Of a DNA stretch of 64,000 nt, positions 28,991-38,137 are shown one piece after another (within the stretch, counting starts at the first letter, position 1; each line of letters begins with the position of its first letter). Both the position numbers and the translations under genes were made by a program. Source of the DNA: Candidatus Latescibacterota bacterium (GTDB taxonomy: Bacteria; Latescibacterota; UBA2968; GCA-2709665); assembly GCA_963667175.2 (NCBI GenBank), contig CAXXXF010000015.1, positions 96,001-160,000 on the forward strand, written 5' to 3'. The notes beneath the pieces were generated by a model. It saw nothing but the letters and a program-made list of their open reading frames with translations, was not told the origin of the DNA and made no database searches.

Positions 28991-31900
28991 CTATCGGTTA
29001 GATGAACTGTGTGGAACATCGTTTTTGGAGTTCAGGAACCCCTTCAATCTCCTGTCCCTATACGAGTAAGCACCTGAAATCTCCAGTCTACCGTGGTACT
29101 CCGACGCCATCTCCTTCCCAATTACCTGCTTTTCCCCGACGACGGTCCAACATAGCGTCAATTCTTCATCTTTAAGGTACTGTCTCAGCAGATCCTCGCG
29201 CAGCAGCAACGAGCACGGTCCTTCTTTGTGTGCAGTCGGATCGAAGGCCGCTAGCCTGCCATCACTGTCAACGTAGTCGGATGCCTGTCCCGTCCACTTG
29301 AGATCAAGCTTCTCGAGGATGTTGTGAACGGGTAGCCGTAGGGAATAGCTGTCATCCAGCGAACAGTCAAAACCGGTGTATTCTCTCGTGTAATGCCAAG
29401 TCGCGAGACGGACGGATGCGGGGCAGGCGCGTTCCGGTTTTTTCCAATTGGCGCTACCGAGATACGGCCGAATAGTAGATTTGAACGCCGGCGCCCATCC
29501 GTACTCACCGAGAAAGATCTCGTAACTCCCGGGCGGCTCAGGCATCCAACGCCCATAGAAACTAACGTCTCTAGCCCACCCCATAAAGGCGTTCGCGCGA
29601 TCGGAACGAATGAAAAAACCAGTACAGATCAGCCAGAATTCTCGTTGATCCGAATCGTATGGTTCTTGATCGGCAGGATGTGGCTGCCGCCAGACGTAAT
29701 ATCCATACGAATTGATCCAGCGCGTTCCGTCCGACGGGTTCGTCATGCACAAGAGATCTTCCACATTAGGGAAATCATCCTTGCGGCCTATCCAATCCTG
29801 ATGACAGACGTGTTCGTCCCATTTGTCATATAAAGATGGCGCCCACCACGATGAAGTATGGGAACCCCAAGTGTTACCACCCGGTGTTGACTGTAACATG
29901 CAGGAAGGATCTATATCTCTTAACCCCTCTTGCCATGGTCCTTCGAAAGCCTGATTGCCTTCGTCTTCTTGGAACGTCTCTCGATATTGAAAGTGGTCTG
30001 CAATATACGCGAGGATCTCATGGTAGGCAATCCACTGGTACTTTTTGCCGATGCGTTCTGGCTTTGACGCTTCTCTTCCATAATGCCTCACAGATCGGTC
30101 AAATTGGCCGAAACGCGCGGTTGTCCAGCCAAGATCGAATACTCGCCAAAGCACATATCGCTGGATCAGCGTTAATTGAAAACGTGGGGCGTGTTTGCCT
30201 TCATCTTGCAGGATTGAGTTGAACTCATTCAGATTCCTCCGAGAAAGAACCGCTCGAAGGTCGTTCAGCCCATTCTGTTTGGCTATCGACAGGTTCGAGA
30301 GGTCTTTTTCAGAGCGTACGAACTCATGCTCTACCACATTGCCACCAGTTTCCTCGGTATCCTCCTTAAACCACAATCTCACATTTTTCGAGTTTGCGTC
30401 ACGGAGAGCATCTTCGGCAGCCTTGTATTTTTTCCACGCATTACTCTCGTGTTCATTCAATTTCAACAACAGCGCCTCCATCCTAGCGTCAGGAGACCGC
30501 CATGGATCTTCGGTGATGGGTAACGATAGCCAGTTTGTAATGTTGGAATTCCTCCCGATCACATACCTCGAGAAGTCACCTGACGTCACGGACGATTCAA
30601 TCTTGCGCTTAGCAACATCGTTTTCCACTCTGTCGTCTTCCGCACTGCTATGAGCCATCAGTGATCGTGTTTCCTCTTCGGTCGGTATCGTCGGCCAGGT
30701 ACTCTTGTACGGCGGTCTAATCAGATCCACATTAATATCCAGGTCTGGATTCAAATGAATCGCCCGTTCAATAACACCACGCGCATTGTCACGGAGCAAA
30801 ATATGAACTGGGGGAGTTCCCATTGCGAATACTCGTTCGTATACAAATGATGCCAGCTTACCTACTTGAGTAGCGTCATGGCTACGCATTACGACGCCGT
30901 AAGCGACCGCATATACGCGTTCTGTTACATACGTGTCATCAATGTCTGAGAACCGGCCGACAAATCGCTCAGTCGCGGCCAATCGGCCGGTCAACAGAGA
31001 AACCAGCGCTTTGGTAGCCCGATCCCTCAGGAAACGCTGTGAGGTCGTGAGCATCCAACCAAGTGTAATCGAACACAACTCAGTTGTCTTATCGGCTAAA
31101 TTGCTATCCTCCCTTACTGTGGATGACCAGTCCAAAAGCCGTTTGACCGCACTCGATTCATCCCAAGCACCGTGAAGTACTGTGCTCCACCAAGCATCTC
31201 GATCAGGCATTGAATACCGGCGTAGCCATTTGTCCAATAACTCGGCATTGAATGGATGGTCTTCCAAAGTCGAGACGGTCAGCAATACTTCAATTCCGTC
31301 AAGAAGGTCGTCGGAGCTTTCGAAGATTTGGTTAATGATTTCTCGGGTCTTCTTTGAGAATGCATTGCTTCTTCGCCAAATGACGCTCTGCCAGATAGCA
31401 CCGATAACGTCTGATTGGGACAACGACAGTGGTGCGAGCTCCACCAATTCTTGACCGAATTTTTCCGGAACTTGGACGCATAGCGCTTCAATTAGGCCCG
31501 GTGGCACATACTTATCTGAGTCGCAGATGAATGAGAGAGGGTCTCCATCTTCGAAGGCGGACCGAAGAGCATTCTCGTCATGGTAAACACTAAGGAGGGA
31601 ATCAGCGATGATATAATCCGCGAAGCGATCATACGATATATAGACGATTTCTGCGTCCTTACTGTTTCTCTGCCAATTCATGCTTTCGGTCAGTATTCCT
31701 TCAACGACCAGACCACGGTAAAGCGATCGCTCAAACTCTCGATTGGGCAGGAGTTCGTTTACGATAGTTTCCGCGCGGTGTCTATCCAGCCAACGTTGAT
31801 CCGTCGCTGCCAGGTGGCCAACAAAGTTCTCAAGAGCTCGTCGAACGAGGTTGTCATTCGGATTAAAGCCAAGTGATTCGGCCAGGCGTTTGTTGATCGC

Positions 31901-33553
31901 AGTATGGAAGAGATCAAATACTGCCGTGATACCCTGAAAGCCACGAGGGAGTCTTCGTTGGCCAGTATCCTTTAGTCCTTGACACACGGTTTTTAAAAAA
32001 AGAGGGTTGCGAAACTCTGGTTGCAAAATCGGCGCGGACGGAAATTCGATACCGTAATATGAGAAATAAGTCCGAGTAGCGTCGTATTCTTGATCGGCAA
32101 ATCCGTGATGTCTTACAGAGACTGCCCGGTTGCGAACCTCTTCAGGAATGATGAATTCCTTATACTCTGATCGTATCGAGAGCAACACACCAATCCACGG
32201 AGAACTCGCAAGGGAGGTCAAAAAAGCAGCGAGATTGGTCGGCCAAATTGATCGGCCTTCTCCCTCGTTGAGGGCATCAACAATTACCACAGCGCGACAG
32301 CCTGCGGCCTGGGCAGCGGCTTCCAGTGCTCCCACGAACTCTTCCGCACTCACTCCCTGCAGATCCAATTGCTGAAGTACCTGAATCCAAGGTGTCTCTT
32401 TGGCGACAAAACGTTGACCCATCAGTAGAACTGTTGGCGCTCCAGATTCTATGCGGCCTTTAGCGAAGTCGCAAAGAAGATGCGTTTTTCCCGTGCCCGC
32501 CTCACCCTGGAGCAACATGATTCGGCGACTTGCAATCGAATCAGCGTGCTTCAATACCGAATGGGTTTTTTTGAGTTCGTGTTGAAGTTGGTAAAGGCTT
32601 TGCTTGGAGAAATCGCTGGCGGGCTGTGATTCACCATCGTCAATCTCGTCTACAGGACGATCCCGCCTGTGTTGTAACAGAGACTCTTCGGCTCTATCCA
32701 CTTCTTCCAGAACCAACTCGATCTTCTCGACGATGTCGGTGAACGGCAAATCACCCATTGGGCTGGGTTCTATCTGCGTAATCGCTTGGAGAACTTCGTC
32801 AACCGAGTTCGAGACAGTTTTGATAGTAACGGCTCCGCTCGGATTATTTTCAATTCTAACTGAACGTAGCACGTTGTGCAGCCGTCTTCGAATCGCGTTT
32901 GCATTAGATTTAACATCCTCGAAAACGAACTCTGATCGACTGAATAATTCCAGCTTACGAGCGATCGGTAGTTCGATATGGACTTCTGGACTATATCTGG
33001 GACCAGCTGACTGCACAGCTTCATCGAGGCGTTTCTGGAACCAATCCGAGTCAAATCCGCGTTGGCCAAACCAGAAGTACAAACGCCCGATGTGTTCGCT
33101 CCGGGAAAGCTGATCAAGCAATTCTGAGCTTCCCCACCAAGCGAATTCAACGCACATGCTACTTTCTCGCGTCCATTCGCACCACTTTTCAACATGCTCG
33201 TCCCAACGTTGCATTGAGGACTTCTGTCCTTTGATCCGGGCGTCGGAACGATCAAGCGGGATACATACATAATAGCGGGCGAGCCCAGGATGCTTGTCGA
33301 GCGCCGTTCTTACTGACTTGTCCAACTGCGACCATTGAGAAGGCCCCATAGTTTGGAAGTACTTGCTTTGCCATCCCCACTCACCCCCATCATCAAACAC
33401 GCAAAAACACTCGACGCCTGCATCGGGAGTACCCTTTCGTTTGAATTCTGTCCCAGTTGGGCTCTCAGCGCGCGCCAACTGAGCGCACAACTCCTCGAAG
33501 CCGTCTGCTCGCGAGCCGTTTAGAGGTCGAATGTCTTGCCAGTCGATATTCAT
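28991..33553 (-). CDS. STAND ATPase with N-terminal nuclease-like domain, AVAST Avs2-like antiviral protein
   Basis: FEELC...PDAGVE...WGWQSKY (PD-(D/E)xK-like), Walker A GEAGTGKT, Walker B IVDALNE, NPLFL, long helical C-terminus with ERIGKKYQWIA; 1520 aa. Confidence 0.8.
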   Translation of the reverse strand: MNIDWQDIRPLNGSRADGFEELCAQLARAESPTGTEFKRKGTPDAGVECFCVFDDGGEWGWQSKYFQTMGPSQWSQLDKSVRTALDKHPGLARYYVCIPLDRSDARIKGQKSSMQRWDEHVEKWCEWTRESSMCVEFAWWGSSELLDQLSRSEHIGRLYFWFGQRGFDSDWFQKRLDEAVQSAGPRYSPEVHIELPIARKLELFSRSEFVFEDVKSNANAIRRRLHNVLRSVRIENNPSGAVTIKTVSNSVDEVLQAITQIEPSPMGDLPFTDIVEKIELVLEEVDRAEESLLQHRRDRPVDEIDDGESQPASDFSKQSLYQLQHELKKTHSVLKHADSIASRRIMLLQGEAGTGKTHLLCDFAKGRIESGAPTVLLMGQRFVAKETPWIQVLQQLDLQGVSAEEFVGALEAAAQAAGCRAVVIVDALNEGEGRSIWPTNLAAFLTSLASSPWIGVLLSIRSEYKEFIIPEEVRNRAVSVRHHGFADQEYDATRTYFSYYGIEFPSAPILQPEFRNPLFLKTVCQGLKDTGQRRLPRGFQGITAVFDLFHTAINKRLAESLGFNPNDNLVRRALENFVGHLAATDQRWLDRHRAETIVNELLPNREFERSLYRGLVVEGILTESMNWQRNSKDAEIVYISYDRFADYIIADSLLSVYHDENALRSAFEDGDPLSFICDSDKYVPPGLIEALCVQVPEKFGQELVELAPLSLSQSDVIGAIWQSVIWRRSNAFSKKTREIINQIFESSDDLLDGIEVLLTVSTLEDHPFNAELLDKWLRRYSMPDRDAWWSTVLHGAWDESSAVKRLLDWSSTVREDSNLADKTTELCSITLGWMLTTSQRFLRDRATKALVSLLTGRLAATERFVGRFSDIDDTYVTERVYAVAYGVVMRSHDATQVGKLASFVYERVFAMGTPPVHILLRDNARGVIERAIHLNPDLDINVDLIRPPYKSTWPTIPTEEETRSLMAHSSAEDDRVENDVAKRKIESSVTSGDFSRYVIGRNSNITNWLSLPITEDPWRSPDARMEALLLKLNEHESNAWKKYKAAEDALRDANSKNVRLWFKEDTEETGGNVVEHEFVRSEKDLSNLSIAKQNGLNDLRAVLSRRNLNEFNSILQDEGKHAPRFQLTLIQRYVLWRVFDLGWTTARFGQFDRSVRHYGREASKPERIGKKYQWIAYHEILAYIADHFQYRETFQEDEGNQAFEGPWQEGLRDIDPSCMLQSTPGGNTWGSHTSSWWAPSLYDKWDEHVCHQDWIGRKDDFPNVEDLLCMTNPSDGTRWINSYGYYVWRQPHPADQEPYDSDQREFWLICTGFFIRSDRANAFMGWARDVSFYGRWMPEPPGSYEIFLGEYGWAPAFKSTIRPYLGSANWKKPERACPASVRLATWHYTREYTGFDCSLDDSYSLRLPVHNILEKLDLKWTGQASDYVDSDGRLAAFDPTAHKEGPCSLLLREDLLRQYLKDEELTLCWTVVGEKQVIGKEMASEYHGRLEISGAYSYRDRRLKGFLNSKNDVPHSSSNR

Positions 33554-33580
33554 GCCACGATATTCTCTACACTCGCGGTG

Positions 33581-35494
33581 TTACAAACTCCGCACATTCC
33601 CCAAGCCATGCTGCTCCAGGATTGCGGCAAGATTCGTCTTCGCGATGTCGTCCTCGAAGGCACTGTCGCGAAAGACGACAGTGCTGTCTCCTGCCGGCGA
33701 AAGTTGTTTGTGCCACTCTACGATTCCGCGGGCAAGCGACTCGACGTCCTCGCGCGCGATGGTCTCGTCGAGACACGCCATTAACGTCCCGGCACCGACG
33801 GAACGGACGGCCTTGCCAACAATGGTTCGTGTCTCGACGGGTACGCAAAGGTCGAGTCCAAGTTTCAATAGAAGCTCATAGAGAATGTCATCTTCACTTC
33901 GATCCGGCTTAATGTGGTCAATGCTGTCGAGTAGAGTATGTTCAAGATCGTCGCTTTCCGGCTCCCATGCACGGATGTTGGACGAGTCGAGCTTGAATAC
34001 GCGGAAGCCGAGGTCACCAGGAGAAGAAATTGCATTCCCATCGCATATCTTCTTTCCGGCGCGCCGTAGACGTTCCTTAGTGAGTTCGGCGATGTTGCCT
34101 GGTTTTCCGAGTTTGGCACAGAATTCAGCCGAGGGCATTTGTTCCGAATTAGCCGGATTCAATAATTCGGGAAGTTGAACCAAAATGAAGCGGCGATTGC
34201 CAGAATCCTCTGCGTTCTGAGCAATTACCGCGTGGCCGGTTGTCCCAGAACCTGCGAAGAAATCCAAAACCACGTCAGTTGGTCTGGCACAAATCTGGAT
34301 AAGTCGGCGAATCAACATTGTAGGTTTCGGATATTCAAAAACACCTTGCGCAGCAAATATATCGTCCACTTCCTTTTTCGCAGTTGCTGTATCGCCCGCG
34401 AACTTACGCGAAAATAACGTTACTGGAACAAGCCCGTCCTGTACATCACTTAGATACCGCTTGATCATTGGGTATGATTTCCCAGTGCCCCAGATTATCT
34501 CGTCTGCATCAACCTTTGCTTTCCACGTTTCTTCGCTAAATGCCCAGTAACGACCCGACGGGCGGGTCAATATCACGCCATTTGGTTTTTTAATCGTATA
34601 TTCTGCATTATATGGATTGTGCGCGGTTATCGGATCCGCCTTCCATGGTCCCTTGGGATCATTGTCGGGATTCTTATATGCTGAGGGTCCCTCTCGCGGA
34701 ATCAATATTCGGTCCCAATCTTCTTTGTTTTTCGCATAGACTACTACGTAATCATGGCTGATGGAAAAAGTCTTTGACGAGTTTTTCCGGGTGTGGACCT
34801 TTTCCCATGCAATCGTCGCAAGGAAATTCTCTGCGCCAAACACCTCATCTGCTACGCCCTTGAAGTTCGCGAGTTCGGTGTCATCGAGACTCACACAGAT
34901 CGCACCGTCGTTACGCAAAAGGTTCCGTGCCAGCGTCAGCCGTGGATACATCATGTTCAACCACTTGGTGTGGAATCGCCCCGAAGCGTCCGTATTTGAT
35001 GAGAGCTTTAGTTTCTGGTCGTCGACTTGGCCGGTCAACTCCAAGTAGTTCTGAATGTTGTCGCGGAAGTCGTCGGGATAGACGAAATCCTTGCCCGTAT
35101 TGTAAGGTGGATCGATATAAATGAGCTTGACCTTCCCGGTGTAGCTCTTCTGCAGGAGTTTGAGCACCTCCAGGTTGTCACCCTCAATCATCAAGTTTTG
35201 CGTGGTGTCCCAATCGACGCTGCCCTCAGGGCATGGGCGAAGCGTACCGGTTGAAGGCGTTAGCGCGAGTTGCCGGGCTTGACGTTTTCCGTGCCAGTTG
35301 AGACCGTACTTTTCCTCATGATTATCGACTTCGCCACCCAAAACTTGCTTGAGTACCTCGAAATTCACCTTTTCCTCTGTAAACGCTTCCGGAAACAACG
35401 CTTTAAGTTGCTCAATGTTCTTACCCACAACGTCTGCGGAGCGGGTCGAAGGGTCATTGGCGGTGATCCGTTCCATAAAGTCTTCCCTGTACAA
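33581..35494 (-). CDS. mod: Type III RM methyltransferase Mod subunit
   Basis: IEGDNLEVLK, IYIDPPYNTG, WLNMMYPRL, YPKP, LDFFAGSGTT; the true start may be ATG 35476. Confidence 0.95.
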   Translation of the reverse strand: MYREDFMERITANDPSTRSADVVGKNIEQLKALFPEAFTEEKVNFEVLKQVLGGEVDNHEEKYGLNWHGKRQARQLALTPSTGTLRPCPEGSVDWDTTQNLMIEGDNLEVLKLLQKSYTGKVKLIYIDPPYNTGKDFVYPDDFRDNIQNYLELTGQVDDQKLKLSSNTDASGRFHTKWLNMMYPRLTLARNLLRNDGAICVSLDDTELANFKGVADEVFGAENFLATIAWEKVHTRKNSSKTFSISHDYVVVYAKNKEDWDRILIPREGPSAYKNPDNDPKGPWKADPITAHNPYNAEYTIKKPNGVILTRPSGRYWAFSEETWKAKVDADEIIWGTGKSYPMIKRYLSDVQDGLVPVTLFSRKFAGDTATAKKEVDDIFAAQGVFEYPKPTMLIRRLIQICARPTDVVLDFFAGSGTTGHAVIAQNAEDSGNRRFILVQLPELLNPANSEQMPSAEFCAKLGKPGNIAELTKERLRRAGKKICDGNAISSPGDLGFRVFKLDSSNIRAWEPESDDLEHTLLDSIDHIKPDRSEDDILYELLLKLGLDLCVPVETRTIVGKAVRSVGAGTLMACLDETIAREDVESLARGIVEWHKQLSPAGDSTVVFRDSAFEDDIAKTNLAAILEQHGLGNVRSL

Positions 35495-35536
35495 AGAGTG
35501 GCGCGGAAACTTCGGGCACTCGAGTTTGGGTTTTCT

Positions 35537-36928
35537 TCAACTTTCGTCGGCGCAGATATCTGATTGTGAGTCAAAGCGACCTGTGACTGCCCTTGCCGCT
35601 TCGTCGATGCCGGGGAAAAGGATCTCACGGTTTATATTCAGTACGCTCAAGTCTTCAATGATAATATCTTTGTACTTTTGTGGCACCCCAAGCTCGAAAT
35701 GGTCATAGACTGGAGTTCCGGCGTTCAACTCCCGGATCTTACAGGGTTCAAACCGGTCGTGAAAAGCAGAAATGAGAAAGGCTCCCGATTGCGCGCGGAT
35801 ACGTTCGAAAGATTGCTGAGGTTCTACTATGAATACACGGAAGAGATCTTTTGGATTGATTTTTTCTTGAAAGTTTGGCTTCTCCTGACGGATCAAGTGA
35901 TAGAGGCGTTGTAAGGCCTTTGGGTACACAAGATCAGAAAGAGCCTCACCGTATCTACTCTTCTTTGTCAGCAAAAGTTGCTGATCGTCGTAACAGAGTT
36001 TGGCGAAGTTAGCGATGACGCTGATTGTGTCGCTACTGAATGGCTTAACCAAGTTCCGGCTGACCGCGAACACATGCATACGACCGCACCCTTTAGCTTT
36101 TTCACAGGCATGGAATAGTGCTACAAGCGGGTTGCGAGTTACATCAAGGAGTCGGGTCGGCAGTCCATGATGTTGTGCAAGTACCCACTGCCCAAGTGCA
36201 TATTTGATACTGTCGAATTCCTCAGGTCGACGTGACATGAGATCGATCAGCATGTTCCCCTCTACCTTACGTAATTTTCTGTTTCGCATTAATGACGGAC
36301 TAAGTTCCCAGGCGTCACAACTTTCTCCTCGGAAATAAAAGACGACGTCCTCTCTGTTTTCCTTTTCTCGTAAATCCCGGCACACTTCAAGCAGGTCTGC
36401 AATACTCCTTATTTCCCTTTTTATTGGTGCCTTCTTAGTCGCATTCCAAGTATCTTCAGGGAATAACTCTGCATTCCACAGATGCGTTAGTGATAGGTTC
36501 GCCCCAGACAACTGGGTACCTACAAGCCTTGCGTGTTCAAGTCTCGCATTAGAGAGATCAGCGTCCCGCAGGTCGGCCGTCAATAGGTCCGCCCTCCGTA
36601 GATTCGCAAACTTAAGAGTGGCACCGTTGAAGTTGGTTACGCCGGACGCGAGCGCCTGTTTGAGATTAGCGAAGGTGAGATCCGCACCTTCAAATTGGGC
36701 ATCCCTAAGGTCGGACCGCCTCAGGCAAACCCATCGCAGACTAGCGTTCGAAAGGTCGGCATCTTTGAGATCAATACAGGTAAGATCAACGACCTCCTCT
36801 TCGTTCATTCCAAACTGTGCTGGTATGTTTGCACCACACAAGTCCGGTGCAAAGTCTTCACTCTTGCGTCGGTTATTCCATTCAGCCACACCCTTGCGTA
36901 GCCATCTGATATGTTCACAATTAGCCAT
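35537..36928 (-). CDS. Pentapeptide-repeat / FRG domain fusion protein
   Basis: GVAEWNNRR then A(D/N)Lxx repeats; FYFRGE, AQHHGLPTRLLDVTRNPLVALFHAC, RIRAQSGAF, NINREILFPGID. Confidence 0.88.
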   Translation of the reverse strand: MANCEHIRWLRKGVAEWNNRRKSEDFAPDLCGANIPAQFGMNEEEVVDLTCIDLKDADLSNASLRWVCLRRSDLRDAQFEGADLTFANLKQALASGVTNFNGATLKFANLRRADLLTADLRDADLSNARLEHARLVGTQLSGANLSLTHLWNAELFPEDTWNATKKAPIKREIRSIADLLEVCRDLREKENREDVVFYFRGESCDAWELSPSLMRNRKLRKVEGNMLIDLMSRRPEEFDSIKYALGQWVLAQHHGLPTRLLDVTRNPLVALFHACEKAKGCGRMHVFAVSRNLVKPFSSDTISVIANFAKLCYDDQQLLLTKKSRYGEALSDLVYPKALQRLYHLIRQEKPNFQEKINPKDLFRVFIVEPQQSFERIRAQSGAFLISAFHDRFEPCKIRELNAGTPVYDHFELGVPQKYKDIIIEDLSVLNINREILFPGIDEAARAVTGRFDSQSDICADES

Positions 36929-37378
36929 AATGCGTTTCTCACTCCACCAATCGGAATTAACTGTGTAAGGGTGTAATCCACAAACAACGGGTGTAATTTC
37001 TACAAGTATGCCCCAGCTACCACGGCTGCGTCTGGGTTATTCCTGCCAAAACGTCTTGTCAGGGGAAGTCAGTGTCGTCGGTGCGGCGAGTTTTCACGTT
37101 CCTCCACTCCCTACGCGGCACAAGCCAGCGATCGGTACATAACCTCCCGTTCAAGTTAGGTTGACGTATTGCAGATTTCGTTCGGCTAACATCCGCCCGC
37201 CAGTAGTTCAACGACCGTCACAACGGTGACCAGTAAATCGCAAATGTACGCAGTTTCGCCCTCGGCTCCGGAATCGTCCTTGCCTCTGTCGACTGATTTC
37301 ACTTACGATCGTCGTCAGGACTCATTCGCCCCCTCAAATAATGCTGCAGTCACTACTGGCAGGGCAATTCAGGACAGT

Positions 37379-38137
37379 TCACAGTTTGGAGCGTGCGGAG
37401 TCAAGTCCGGTGCGCAGACGTGCGAGTTCCAGGTTGATCTCCACCTTCCGGGCGATTTGCTTTTCATTCTTGGCTGCGGTGTGCAGTTCGGTGATTCTGG
37501 TTTCGAGTTGCCAGTAGTCTCGTAACGCCGCTGAGCGATTCGTTGCCTCTTTGGGAGAAGTGGGGACCTTGAATTCGCCAGTGACCCGGGCTGCGTTCAA
37601 GGCCTCGACCGTGTCGATCCAACCCTGATAAAGGGTGTGAAGCGTTGCGCGGGGTTGTTGTTCAAGCGCGAGGCTATTGCGAAATGCGGCCGTCGATTCG
37701 TCCGAGCAGCCATTCAGATCACCTGAGGCGATTGTTTCGCCGTCGACCACGGTTTTTCCAGACTCGGCCTGCGACCAGCGCTTATGTACAAGAGAGATTT
37801 CCCGCGCATCCCCGTTTATCGCGACGAGGAGTACCGGATAAGGTACGGCCCGATGGACCAATTCGGCAAGTCTGCCGGCGCCTGACTCGGTACGAAGGTG
37901 CAGTTCCAGCACGGCGATCTCTAGATATTCTCGGCTCGCATCACGGAATTCCGCGACGCCAATCGTGGTAGGTTTGAGTGCCGCTACCCACCTGAGTTCC
38001 TCGATTCCTTCCCGTATGCGTCGCCGGTCGGCGGCGGTAGGCGCGCCGTTGTCGATCAGGAGCGACTTGGGCACCCTGCGGTCTACGAGCGCGTTGTCTG
38101 GTAACGCTAGCGCCGATAGCGGATCGAATGACTTCAT
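37379..38137 (-). CDS. DUF4391 domain protein
   Basis: VDRRVPK, YLEIAV, VHRAVPYPVLL, C-terminal EKQIARKVEINLEL; lies between the SNF2 helicase and mod. Confidence 0.85.
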   Translation of the reverse strand: MKSFDPLSALALPDNALVDRRVPKSLLIDNGAPTAADRRRIREGIEELRWVAALKPTTIGVAEFRDASREYLEIAVLELHLRTESGAGRLAELVHRAVPYPVLLVAINGDAREISLVHKRWSQAESGKTVVDGETIASGDLNGCSDESTAAFRNSLALEQQPRATLHTLYQGWIDTVEALNAARVTGEFKVPTSPKEATNRSAALRDYWQLETRITELHTAAKNEKQIARKVEINLELARLRTGLDSARSKL

